NCBI GenBank assembly: GCA_007129495.1
Contig: SKVJ01000039.1
Coordinates: 20,303-84,302, forward strand
Direction of reading: 5' to 3'
Length of the DNA stretch: 64,000 nt
Source: Dehalococcoidia bacterium
GTDB taxonomy: Bacteria > Chloroflexota > Dehalococcoidia > GIF9 > AB-539-J10
Shown: positions 39,638 through 48,938 of the stretch, piece by piece
Layout of the letters: each line of letters opens with the position of its first letter
Position numbering within the stretch: position 1 is the stretch's first letter
Translations under genes and position numbers: made by a program
The notes under the pieces: model-generated
Database searches by the model: none
What the model saw: the letters and a program-made list of their open reading frames with translations, nothing else
What the model was told of the DNA's origin: nothing

Positions 39638-40909
39638 TCATGTCACCGCAGTCAGTTCGTCATGCCATAGATGCGCTGGAATGGACAGTAGTCCGAAGTC
39701 TTCGCGGACGAGGATCTCCTGCCAGCCTTCAACCCTGACCTTCTCCTTCATGAGTAGATGCAGTAGGCCGCACTTGCTCGTGTCCCCGATGGCAACCATA
39801 CCAATCACTATGCCACCCTTCAGGATTACTTGTCTATAATAGCCTGGTCCCTCTGATACTACCTTCTCATGGAGTGCGGGATTGTATTCAACCACACCCG
39901 CCGATCCCACAGACAAGCCGAAATAGGGAATAGAATTAAGTGTGGTGCTCCCATCATATAAACGCTGTTGGCCGGTCATACTAGCACCCGCTACTGCACC
40001 TCCTGCCACTGCATTAGGCCAAGTGGCAAGCACGGACTCCTGCTCCCGTACGAAGTCGTATGTCCTGCAGGCATCACCACATGCGAAGATGTCCTGCGCC
40101 GTAGTTCTCATGGAAGTATCCACTAGGATGCCCTGGTCGATGAAGGCGATGCTTTCAGCCAGTTCAGTACGAGGTCTCACTCCTACTGCAAGTATTACGA
40201 GTTCACACTGGATCCTTGTACCATCGTCGAGAGTCACGCTGGAGACTGACAGTGATTCCGGATGATCGCCATTTATGGATGTCACCTGTTTCCCGGTTGC
40301 GACATGCACTCCGGCTGCAATCGCGGCGCCCTGCACAAGTGAGGAGCCTGTGGCATCAAGCATCGTGCTGAGTAGGCGAGGCTGCATCTCAATGACAGTT
40401 ACGTCCACCCCGTACTTGCGCAATGCGTCGGCTGCACTGAGTCCGATGAGACCACCTCCCACGACTACTGCACGCCGGGATGCCGGTAGATGTCGCGCAA
40501 TCTGCCGGGCATCATCATATGTGGTGAAGGTGAACACTCCCCGCCTGTTGGTTCCGGTGATCTGTGGCACAATCGGCGAGCTTCCTGTTGCAATCAATAG
40601 GCGACGCCAAGATGGGTTAGTGCCGTCCCTCAATGAAACCGTTCTCGCAGCGGTGTCAATATGTAACGCAGGGGTGTCCAATCTCAGGTCTATGGAATGG
40701 TTCTTGTAGAATTCCCGTGGAACAAGATACATCGCATCGATGGTCTTGCCCTCGGATAGGTGTTTGGCTATGAGCGGTCGTGAGTACGCAGCATAGGGTT
40801 CATCCGAAACCATCAATATACGGTTCGACGTATCCGCCTTGCGAATTTCACGGGCGGCAGCGACTGCTCCTGCTGAGTTTCCTATTATCACGTATTCGTA
40901 ATCGGCCAT
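39638..40909 (-). CDS. NAD(P)/FAD-dependent oxidoreductase
   Basis: IIGNSAG, YSRP, ATGS, VVGGGLIG, FACGD. Confidence 0.92.
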   Translation of the reverse strand: MADYEYVIIGNSAGAVAAAREIRKADTSNRILMVSDEPYAAYSRPLIAKHLSEGKTIDAMYLVPREFYKNHSIDLRLDTPALHIDTAARTVSLRDGTNPSWRRLLIATGSSPIVPQITGTNRRGVFTFTTYDDARQIARHLPASRRAVVVGGGLIGLSAADALRKYGVDVTVIEMQPRLLSTMLDATGSSLVQGAAIAAGVHVATGKQVTSINGDHPESLSVSSVTLDDGTRIQCELVILAVGVRPRTELAESIAFIDQGILVDTSMRTTAQDIFACGDACRTYDFVREQESVLATWPNAVAGGAVAGASMTGQQRLYDGSTTLNSIPYFGLSVGSAGVVEYNPALHEKVVSEGPGYYRQVILKGGIVIGMVAIGDTSKCGLLHLLMKEKVRVEGWQEILVREDFGLLSIPAHLWHDELTAVT

Positions 40910-40933
40910 GTAGATGTTCTCCCCCGGTATATA

Positions 40934-41545
40934 CTATGAAGCGGCCAAGTGGAGGAAGTTCTTGTATAGGCGAAGGCCATCAGCACCACTCTTCTCAGGA
41001 TGAAACTGCGTGGCAACGGTAAGTCCGTGCTTCACTACACTACAAAAAGGCACGCCGTACTCCGTGGTTGCATTGACAAGCGATGGGTCCACTGGCTCGA
41101 CCACGTAGCTGTGCACGAAGTAGAAACTGGCGTCGTTTGGAATGCCGTCGAATAGCGCCGGAACACCTTCGTAGTGGACCTGGTTCCAGCCCATGTGAGG
41201 CACTTTTTGAGAGGCAGGCAAGCGAACAACCCGGCCCCGGAATATGCCGAGACAGTCTTGGCCGATGCCTTCCTCCGAGTGCTCGAACAGAACCTGCATC
41301 CCCATGCAGATCCCAAGGAAAGGGCGCTCAGCCGCAATCCACTGCGTCACCATCTGAGACGAACCACGAAGTTGCATGTTGGCCATTGTATCGGTGGCTG
41401 CGCCTACCCCAGGCAGTATCATCGCGTGAGCTTTTCGCGCGTCCAAAGCCGATTCGACCACAAGCGGGTCGCTGCCTAGAAACCGCAACGCCGAAATAAC
41501 ACTTCTGAGGTTTCCTGCTCCGTAGTCCACGACTGCTACATGCAT
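40934..41545 (-). CDS. hisH: Imidazole glycerol phosphate synthase glutaminase subunit
   Basis: DYGAGNL.SV, LPGVG, GICMGMQ, VPHMGWN, YFVHSY, QFHPEKS. Confidence 0.96.
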   Translation of the reverse strand: MHVAVVDYGAGNLRSVISALRFLGSDPLVVESALDARKAHAMILPGVGAATDTMANMQLRGSSQMVTQWIAAERPFLGICMGMQVLFEHSEEGIGQDCLGIFRGRVVRLPASQKVPHMGWNQVHYEGVPALFDGIPNDASFYFVHSYVVEPVDPSLVNATTEYGVPFCSVVKHGLTVATQFHPEKSGADGLRLYKNFLHLAAS

Positions 41546-41567
41546 GATGCTGATACCGCTCCTCTTG

Positions 41568-41939
41568 TCAGTTCTGGATCGCTACTTTCACGGTGTTCAT
41601 TCGGGCTACTACCTGCTGGTTGCTTCCATGTTTCACCACCACGTTCATCTGCTCCAAGACCTCATAGTCGCCATTTGCCACTGAAGCCGAGTCCCACAAT
41701 ACCGGGAAGCTGGCGTCTCTTCTGTCGGATGTGCCGACCTGCAACCACGTGTTCTGTCCAACGCTGCGGATATACCAGTTATTCATAATCCGCACGACTG
41801 GGCCGGACAACCCCATAGAGTCCAAATCCCGGCGGAGAAGTCCTTCGTCAACATTCTCCTTCAGGAGAATGCGACCGGACAGGATCCTGGATGCTTCTGA
41901 TGTCGCGACGAAATGGGGGCCCCAATTATCCTGTTGCAT
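41568..41939 (-). CDS. Hypothetical protein (123 aa) inside the glutamate synthase operon
   Basis: Strong AAGGAGG SD; fills the gap between co-oriented genes; beta-rich C-terminus with WD....NG.YEV. Confidence 0.8.
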   Translation of the reverse strand: MQQDNWGPHFVATSEASRILSGRILLKENVDEGLLRRDLDSMGLSGPVVRIMNNWYIRSVGQNTWLQVGTSDRRDASFPVLWDSASVANGDYEVLEQMNVVVKHGSNQQVVARMNTVKVAIQN

Positions 41940-42029
41940 TACTCTTCCTCCTTGGTCGCAAGAATCTCCGGCAGAATGAGTTCATCGTGCGAATCGGGTG
42001 AACATCACGCGATTCCACGTCGCTCCTTC

Positions 42030-43622
42030 CTAGCTGTCAAGTACCGCTAGTGCCTCCTCTCTATATGCATCCATTACGTAGGGGATGCCTGTGACCAGAG
42101 CGCATTCCTGAGTCAGTGACATAAGGTCCCTCCGGCTGATTGCGGACACACTGAAGTTGCGGCTGCCAGCCATAATCTGCTGCAGGCCGACCTTAAGTTT
42201 CTGCGCATAGCTGTAAATGCCTATGGCACCGAGTGGTATTCTCGCCATCTCTTCGTGGCCGACTATCTGCTTCACATCTTCGTAAGAGACGAAGATCTCC
42301 TCCGGTGTAGAGCCGAACTGCCCGACTGTGTTTGGCAGTTTGCCATCGGCTATCCACTTGGCAATATTTTTGCCGACCATACCAGGAATCATGAGGGCGC
42401 GGCCCATGCAGACAGCCTTGACAAATGGCGCACCCAGCGCTAGGGCTTTGAAGACACCATCCTCGCTGCTGAACCCGCCGGCAAATGCGATATCGGGAAC
42501 ACGTTCGCCCCTGATCTCAAGTCGCTCGCAGAATTCGTAGGCGGCTGAGTGCAGATAGATGCTGGGGATTCCCCATTCCTCCATCATGCGCCAGGGGCTC
42601 ATCCCGGTTCCACCGGGAGCGCCATCTATAGTGATCAGGTCAAGCCGGGCTTTCGAGCCCCATTTGAGGGACATTGCAAGTTCGCGCAGACTGTAGGCTC
42701 CGGTCTTGAGAGTGATGCGCTTGAAGCCGATGTCACGCAACTCCTGTACCGCCTGAAGGAAACCCTCCTCGTCGATGAATCCCAGACGGCTATGACGCTC
42801 GACTTCCTTGAGCGCGCCGCTGGTGAATGCCGATTTGCTCGCCGTAAGCGAGGGGTCAGGTGTCACGATGTACCCCCGCTGCTGCAATTGAAGGGCTCGC
42901 TCCAGCGAGCCGACTTTAATTTCCCCGCCGATGCACTTGGCACCCTGCCCCCATTTGAGTTCGATTGTCTCGAGACCATGCCTGTCATGTACGTATTCTG
43001 CGGCACCGAGGCGTGTATCTTCCACGTTCAGTTGCACGAGGATCTCGCCATAACCATCATGATACCGCCGATAGGTTTCGATGCGACGGTCCATGTCGGG
43101 CGCCCGTCGTACTTTGCCACTGCTATCGAGTTCCAGTTCGGGATCAATGCCGCAGACGTTTTCACCGCAGACGAGTGTGATGCCGCTCAGCGCGGCACCT
43201 ACCGCGAAATGGTCCCAGTTCTTGCGTGCAATCTCTGTTGATCCGAGTGCGCCTGTGAACACAGGCACGCGCAAAGGTACCTTGGAATCCCATCCATAGC
43301 CGGTTTCCGTGTTCACCACGGGAAATGTCGCGGTATCGGGATTGCCTGCTACGCCTTCGGGTAATCCCTTGGCTCCCAGCGCATAACCCTGAATGTTAAG
43401 GTGGGAGTAGTCGACCGGATAGTCTTTGTCTGCTCCGGCAGTAACGTCGCCAAAAGGTCCCGGATAGATCAGTTCGCGGCCACGGAAAGTAGCCTTGAAG
43501 ACCTCGCAGTTACCGGTGCATCCGTCGATGCAACGTGAGCACAGGCCACTCATGGGCACGACATCGCGTGAACGGTTGGTGGTACGAGTGGCGTCATTGC
43601 CATTGGGGCGTTTCAAATTCAT
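42030..43622 (-). CDS. Second FMN-binding glutamate-synthase-family protein with N-terminal Cys cluster
   Basis: CSRCIDGCTGNC, GALGS, ELKWGQGAKCIGGE, IDGAPGGTGMSP, AGG....VFKALALGA, MGRA. Confidence 0.88.
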   Translation of the reverse strand: MNLKRPNGNDATRTTNRSRDVVPMSGLCSRCIDGCTGNCEVFKATFRGRELIYPGPFGDVTAGADKDYPVDYSHLNIQGYALGAKGLPEGVAGNPDTATFPVVNTETGYGWDSKVPLRVPVFTGALGSTEIARKNWDHFAVGAALSGITLVCGENVCGIDPELELDSSGKVRRAPDMDRRIETYRRYHDGYGEILVQLNVEDTRLGAAEYVHDRHGLETIELKWGQGAKCIGGEIKVGSLERALQLQQRGYIVTPDPSLTASKSAFTSGALKEVERHSRLGFIDEEGFLQAVQELRDIGFKRITLKTGAYSLRELAMSLKWGSKARLDLITIDGAPGGTGMSPWRMMEEWGIPSIYLHSAAYEFCERLEIRGERVPDIAFAGGFSSEDGVFKALALGAPFVKAVCMGRALMIPGMVGKNIAKWIADGKLPNTVGQFGSTPEEIFVSYEDVKQIVGHEEMARIPLGAIGIYSYAQKLKVGLQQIMAGSRNFSVSAISRRDLMSLTQECALVTGIPYVMDAYREEALAVLDS

Positions 43623-43692
43623 GGCCTATCCTCCTCAGATGTTCAAGAGAGTTTCTATCTGCTGGCTCACATGTGCTCTAGTTGCAGTGCAG

Positions 43693-44151
43693 TCAGATCA
43701 CAAGGCAATGTGATGTTTCTTCCACGACCATTAGTGCACCATTTGGACATACGCTGATGCACCTCGACACATCGCGGTCGAAACATCCATCGCACTTGAC
43801 AACCTTGCCTGTTTGTTCATCTTTGCGTATTGCACCGAACGGACAAACCAGCATGCATGTGCCACAACCGATGCACTTCTCCCTGTCGACGAGTACAAAC
43901 CCCGTGTTCTCGTCCCTGCTCATAGCTCCGGTGATGCAGGCATCGATACAGGAAGCGTTTGGACAGTGGCGACATCGTATCGATATACAATGCAGGCCGT
44001 TGTGCTCGACCCTGATTCCTCCAGCAGGAGGAGCAAGTCGTTTCTTCAGCGCTTTCGCGGGATCATCATTCCCAGCGTGATGTGCTTCGCAGAAGACACG
44101 GCACAATCCACAGCCAATACACAGGTCTTCTTGTATGACGACACGTCTCAT
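43693..44151 (-). CDS. 4Fe-4S dicluster electron-transfer protein (HydN/CooF/DmsB-like)
   Basis: CIGCGLC..C, CRHC...C..AC, CIGCGTC..VCPFG, KCDGC....C..VCP; GGAGG SD. Confidence 0.93.
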   Translation of the reverse strand: MRRVVIQEDLCIGCGLCRVFCEAHHAGNDDPAKALKKRLAPPAGGIRVEHNGLHCISIRCRHCPNASCIDACITGAMSRDENTGFVLVDREKCIGCGTCMLVCPFGAIRKDEQTGKVVKCDGCFDRDVSRCISVCPNGALMVVEETSHCLVI

Positions 44152-44193
44152 CTTGTACTTCCTCCAACGCAACCGAAAGAGTTGTGCGGTGCC

Positions 44194-44245
44194 TACGGTA
44201 ACCGGTTGCCGTATAACGCTATCATGTGAACTGACCGATTGTCAA
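44194..44245 (-). promoter_or_regulatory. Promoter of the glutamate synthase operon with a palindromic operator at the predicted start site
   Basis: Minus strand TTGACA-18 bp-TAGCGT (TGn extended -10), followed after 2 bp by the 20-bp near-perfect palindrome TACGGCAACCGGTTACCGTA. Confidence 0.65.
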
Positions 44246-44384
44246 GCGACCTGAACCAAAACCCGAGAGAATTACCAGAAGGACCGTTTGGGGTGGGTTT
44301 AGACGATAACGGCAATAGTACGGGGCAGCATTGCCGCCAGTTACGTTGGTGCAACATGGTTCTGCGGCAATTATGAACCCTTAA

Positions 44385-44413
44385 TTGACATCGCTGGGTG
44401 TCCTTCCTATAAT
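44385..44413 (+). promoter_or_regulatory. Consensus sigma70 promoter of pyrG
   Basis: TTGACA-17 bp-TATAAT. Confidence 0.85.
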
Positions 44414-44440
44414 GCTGGAGGTTGGTGTCCGGCCAGAATC

Positions 44441-46069
44441 ATGGCAAAACATATCTTTGTCACCGGCGGTGTTGTCAGTTCAGTAGGCAAAGGCATAACC
44501 GTCGCCTCGATCGGCACTCTCCTCAAGGCGCGCGGCATAGATGTCGCGGTCCAGAAACTCGATCCCTATCTCAATGTAGACCCAGGTACTATGTCGCCCT
44601 ATCAACATGGTGAGGTGTATGTAACTGAGGATGGTGCCGAGACCGACCTGGATCTGGGACATTATGAGCGCTTCATCGGAGTCGACCTCTCGTGCGACGC
44701 CAATGCGACATCCGGTCGCATCTACAGTTCCGTCATTAACCATGAGCGGGAGGGCAGGTTTCTTGGGGGAACGATTCAGGTGGTGCCGCATGTTACCAAC
44801 GAAATCAAGCGATTGATCTTGAACTGTGCTCAGCAACTGGATGCTGGTGTCCTCATAACTGAGATTGGTGGTACCGTCGGAGACATCGAAGGGCAACCTT
44901 TCATTGAGGCCATACGGCAAATCCGCAAAGACGTAGGAAGAGGTAACGTCCTCTATATTCACGTGACGTATCTTCCTCACCTGATGTCTACCGGAGAGTT
45001 GAAGACTAAGCCAACCCAGCACAGCGTTCGGGAACTGCGCAGCATGGGTATTCAACCCGACATCATCGTGTGCCGGAGCGATCTTCCGATGCCGGATGAG
45101 CTCCGTGCCAAAATTGCGCTGTTCTGCGACGTGCCTTCGAGCGCGGTGGTTCCACTCCCGACCGTCGAAAGCATTTACGAAGTGCCGCTGGTGCTAGCCC
45201 GTTCGGGAATTGGGCAATTGATTGCTCGCACGCTTGCACTTCCCGAAGGCGAGGGTGATTTGTCCGCCTGGGAAGAAATGGTGACACGCCTGCATCAAGC
45301 TGAGGAGACAGTGTCAATCGCGCTGGTGGGCAAGTATGTGGAATTTGAAGACACCTATCTATCTGTACGGGAGGCGTTGCATCATGCTGCGCTGTTTCAC
45401 AACCGGAAGCTTGACCTTTTCTGGGTGCACTCTGAAGAGCTTACAGAGGAGAATGTCGTGTCGAAACTCGCCTTAGCACAGGGTATTGTTGTTCCGGGAG
45501 GGTTCGGTATTCGCGGTATTGAGGGCATGGTTCTGGCTGCCCGGTATGCACGGGAACACAGCATTCCCTATTTTGGTTTGTGTTTGGGTATGCAGATCAT
45601 GGTGATCGAGCTTGCCCGCTGCGCGCTTGGCGACACATGTGTTAATTCGGCGGAATTCGAGCCCGAGGTTGCGCATCCCATCATTGATTTGCTTCCAGGA
45701 CAACGGACGGTCGATCGTAAGGGTGGTACGATGCGTCTTGGGAGTTACCCCTGCAGACTGATGCCTCATTCCAAAGCTGCTCAAGCCTATGGCGTTGACC
45801 TCGTCAATGAACGGCATCGTCATCGCTTTGAATTCAACAATGAGTACCGTGAATTGCTCTCGGGGCAGGGACTTCTGTTCAGTGGTGTATCGATGGATGG
45901 GAGCCTTGTTGAAATAGCCGAGATCAAGGAACACCCATGGATGATCGGCTGCCAGTTTCACCCTGAGTTCAAATCACGTCCGAATTGCCCGCATCCCCTG
46001 TTTCGCGAGTTCATACACGCCGCGATACAGACGGTACCTCCAGGCAGTCAGGCTCAGCTTCCGTTATAG
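44441..46069 (+). CDS. pyrG: CTP synthase
   Basis: FVTGGVVSSVGKG, DPYLNVDPGTMSPYQHGEV, KTKPTQHSV, LCLGMQ, ERHRHR, QFHPE. Confidence 0.98.
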   Translation: MAKHIFVTGGVVSSVGKGITVASIGTLLKARGIDVAVQKLDPYLNVDPGTMSPYQHGEVYVTEDGAETDLDLGHYERFIGVDLSCDANATSGRIYSSVINHEREGRFLGGTIQVVPHVTNEIKRLILNCAQQLDAGVLITEIGGTVGDIEGQPFIEAIRQIRKDVGRGNVLYIHVTYLPHLMSTGELKTKPTQHSVRELRSMGIQPDIIVCRSDLPMPDELRAKIALFCDVPSSAVVPLPTVESIYEVPLVLARSGIGQLIARTLALPEGEGDLSAWEEMVTRLHQAEETVSIALVGKYVEFEDTYLSVREALHHAALFHNRKLDLFWVHSEELTEENVVSKLALAQGIVVPGGFGIRGIEGMVLAARYAREHSIPYFGLCLGMQIMVIELARCALGDTCVNSAEFEPEVAHPIIDLLPGQRTVDRKGGTMRLGSYPCRLMPHSKAAQAYGVDLVNERHRHRFEFNNEYRELLSGQGLLFSGVSMDGSLVEIAEIKEHPWMIGCQFHPEFKSRPNCPHPLFREFIHAAIQTVPPGSQAQLPL

Positions 46070-46118
46070 CTTGACTGGAGCCTGTGCCACACCATACAAT
46101 TCGCAGGGTCTTCTTCGT

Positions 46119-46195
46119 GGCGCATTCGTCTAGCGGCCCAGGACACCTCCCTCTCAAGGAGGAGATCACCGGTTCGAATCCGGTATGCGCTACCA
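46119..46195 (+). tRNA. tRNA-Glu(CTC)
   Basis: Acceptor GGCGCAT/ATGCGCT, anticodon arm CCTCC-CTCTCAA-GGAGG, GGTTCGAATCC, encoded CCA; TTGACT-18-TACAAT upstream. Confidence 0.97.
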
Positions 46196-46225
46196 TTTTC
46201 TGTTCATGGAGACTTGTTCACGATT

Positions 46226-47203
46226 ATGAGTAAGCGCGTATTCTCGGGATTTCGCCCCACTGGCCGACAGCATATCGGTAACTACTTCGGCACGATACAG
46301 AATTGTCTGTGCCTACAGGAAGAGTACGAATGTTTCTACTGCGTCGTTGACCTTCATGCCCTGACGACTCTTGAAAGCACTCTTACTCTCAAAGACGATG
46401 TGTACAACATGGTGTTGGACTGGCTTGCCGCCGGTATTGATCCGGACAAGAGCGTGATATTTGTGCAGTCACATGTTCCGGAGGTTACCGAACTGCATAT
46501 GTACCTGAGCATGGTGACCCCCTTGAGTTGGCTTTTGCGTGTGCCGACGTTCAAGGAAAAGGTCCGTATGCATTCCGAAAATGTAAACTACGGTCTTGTG
46601 GGTTACCCCGTGCTGATGACTTCCGACATTGCGCTCTACAAAGGGGAAGTCGTGCCGGTTGGCGAAGACCAGTTACCTCATCTCGAATTGGCTAGAGAGA
46701 TTCTGCGTCGGTTCAACTCCATATTCGGCGAGATATTTCCCGAACCACAAGCGAAGCTGACGGAGTTCTCGATGATCGTTGGATTGAATGGCGCTGAGAA
46801 GATGAGCAAGAGCGCTGACAACTATATCGAGATTGCAGCATCTCCGGACGATATTCGCAAGAGGATCAGCTCCGCTTATACGGATCCAGCGCGCAAATAT
46901 CGTTCCGATCCCGGGCACCCGGAGATCTGCAACGTATTCACGCTTCATAAGATATTCACACCGGGGCGAGTTGCTGAACTGGAACAGGAATGTCGTCGCG
47001 CGGGGATCGGTTGCACGGATTGTAAGATGATTCTGGCCCAGTCCGTGACTCAGTATTTCGAACCGTTCAGAGAACGGCGACTCAGGTTGCAGTCACGCCC
47101 CGAGTATGTGAGTGAGGTCGTGCGGGATGGAGCCGCTCGAGCGGCCGCTGTCGCCCGCCAGACACTGCACGAAGTTAAGACCGTGATGAATCTTCTTCCG
47201 TAG
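46226..47203 (+). CDS. trpS: Tryptophan--tRNA ligase
   Basis: SGFRPTG..HIGNY, FVQSHV, YPVLM, VPVGEDQ..H.E, KMSKS. Confidence 0.97.
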   Translation: MSKRVFSGFRPTGRQHIGNYFGTIQNCLCLQEEYECFYCVVDLHALTTLESTLTLKDDVYNMVLDWLAAGIDPDKSVIFVQSHVPEVTELHMYLSMVTPLSWLLRVPTFKEKVRMHSENVNYGLVGYPVLMTSDIALYKGEVVPVGEDQLPHLELAREILRRFNSIFGEIFPEPQAKLTEFSMIVGLNGAEKMSKSADNYIEIAASPDDIRKRISSAYTDPARKYRSDPGHPEICNVFTLHKIFTPGRVAELEQECRRAGIGCTDCKMILAQSVTQYFEPFRERRLRLQSRPEYVSEVVRDGAARAAAVARQTLHEVKTVMNLLP

Positions 47204-47433
47204 CTCTTGAATCGTGACGTAAACGTAATTCTGAGTCGCTGGGCAGTCTCATCTGCATCGCACAGGTGAATTGCAGTATTGTCAGGCAACCCTCACAGTT
47301 CTACACGGTGGGTTCTTGACTCCGAAGCATCTCCCCTGGGACTTATGCCCCGTTGCTGATGCTGAATCGTGCGACGAAATCATCCAAAGTCCAGGCTTAG
47401 TGAGAACGCGGCGGGCGATGAGGAAGAGCGGAG

Positions 47434-48897
47434 TCAGAGGTCGGGGTGCCTGAGGTGCCATTCGGTAGCCTGCTCGTAGGCGTGCCCTGCTTGTATCAAG
47501 ACGTCCTCTCTGAATCGGTTGGCCATGAGTTGCAGTCCTACGGGTAGTCCGTCCGTGAAGCCACAGGGGATCGACAGCGCGGGAATACCAGCAATGTTCG
47601 CCGGGATGGTCAAGATATCTGTCAAGTACATCTGGAGCAGATCGTGGATCTTAGAACCCAGGGGGAACGCGACAGTAGGTGATGTGGGCACTGCAAGCAG
47701 GTCACACTGTTCAAATGCCCGCTGAAACTCTTCGTTGATGCGGTGCCTCACTTTCAGCGCTTTGACGTAGTAGGCATTGTAGTAGCCCGAAGAGAGCGTG
47801 TGGGTACCGAGCATTATTCTGCGCTTCACTTCAGGGCCAAAGCCCTCCCCGCGCGTTGCCGTAACGGAGTCTTCGGTGGTAGCCCGTTGTCGTGAGAACC
47901 CGTATTTCACGCCATCGAATCGTGCTAGATTGGCCGATGCTTCTGACGGGGCAATGATGTAGTAAGCAGCAAGGGCATACTCCGTGGAAGGTAGTGAGAT
48001 ATCGCGATGGATATAGGCTCCCATGCGTTCCAGAAGGAGAATCGCATCCTCCACGCAGGTGCGGACTTCGGGCAGTATGCCAGCGCCGAAGTATTCTTTC
48101 GGGACACCAATTCTCAGACCACGGACACCGCGGTTAAGAAACGATGTGAAGTCTGGAACTGATACCGGGGCTGAGGTGGAGTCTTTGTGGCACTGGCCAG
48201 CGATAGCATTCATTACCAGAGCGCAGTCATGCAAGTCCCTGGTAAACGGACCGATTTGATCGAGAGAGCTGGCAAATGCGATGAGGCCGTATCGGCTGAC
48301 GCGACCATAGGTCGGTTTCAGCCCCACCACCCCGCAGAAGCCGGCAGGTTGTCTTATGCTTCCTCCGGTATCTGATCCCAGCGTAAACAGAGCTTCACCG
48401 GCCGAGAGTGCTGCCGCAGAACCGCCACTGCTCCCCCCTGGTACGAAGTCACGATTCCACGGATTGCGAGAAGGGAAGAAGGCTGAGTGTTCAGTCGATG
48501 AGCCCATGGCGAACTCATCCATGTTGGATTTTCCGAGTAAGACAGAACCCTGCCTGAGTAACCGGTCAATAACGGTTGCATCATATGGTGGCACAAAACC
48601 TTCCAGCATCCTGGATCCGCATGTAGTTACAATGCCGCGTGTGCAGAGCAGGTCTTTGGCTATGAACGGAATTCCCGTCAGAGGTGCTGCGCTGTCGGAG
48701 GCGAGAAGTCGGTCGGCCGCGGATGCCTGGGCAAGTGCGTGCTCGGAACATACGGTGAGGAGCGCGTTCACATGAGGTTCGACGCTCGCCAACCTGTTGA
48801 GGCATGCATCAGTCAACTCACGCGCTGAAATTTCGCGGGAGTGGAGCAGCTTCTGTGCCTGGTGTATGGGCAACTCGTGAAGCTGATCAACACTCAT
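47434..48897 (-). CDS. gatA: Asp/Glu-tRNA amidotransferase subunit A
   Basis: GKSNMDEFAMGSS, PGGSSGGS, GSDTGGSIRQPA, EVKRRIMLG. Confidence 0.97.
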   Translation of the reverse strand: MSVDQLHELPIHQAQKLLHSREISARELTDACLNRLASVEPHVNALLTVCSEHALAQASAADRLLASDSAAPLTGIPFIAKDLLCTRGIVTTCGSRMLEGFVPPYDATVIDRLLRQGSVLLGKSNMDEFAMGSSTEHSAFFPSRNPWNRDFVPGGSSGGSAAALSAGEALFTLGSDTGGSIRQPAGFCGVVGLKPTYGRVSRYGLIAFASSLDQIGPFTRDLHDCALVMNAIAGQCHKDSTSAPVSVPDFTSFLNRGVRGLRIGVPKEYFGAGILPEVRTCVEDAILLLERMGAYIHRDISLPSTEYALAAYYIIAPSEASANLARFDGVKYGFSRQRATTEDSVTATRGEGFGPEVKRRIMLGTHTLSSGYYNAYYVKALKVRHRINEEFQRAFEQCDLLAVPTSPTVAFPLGSKIHDLLQMYLTDILTIPANIAGIPALSIPCGFTDGLPVGLQLMANRFREDVLIQAGHAYEQATEWHLRHPDL

Positions 48898-48938
48898 TCG
48901 AAATACAACTCCTCACGGTCTCCCAAAGCCGTACTGTG

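Noticed and set aside
47204-47433. 230-bp convergent gap between trpS and gatA as an ncRNA or small gene
   Set aside because: No T-box, SRP, tmRNA or 6S hallmarks and no supported ORF.
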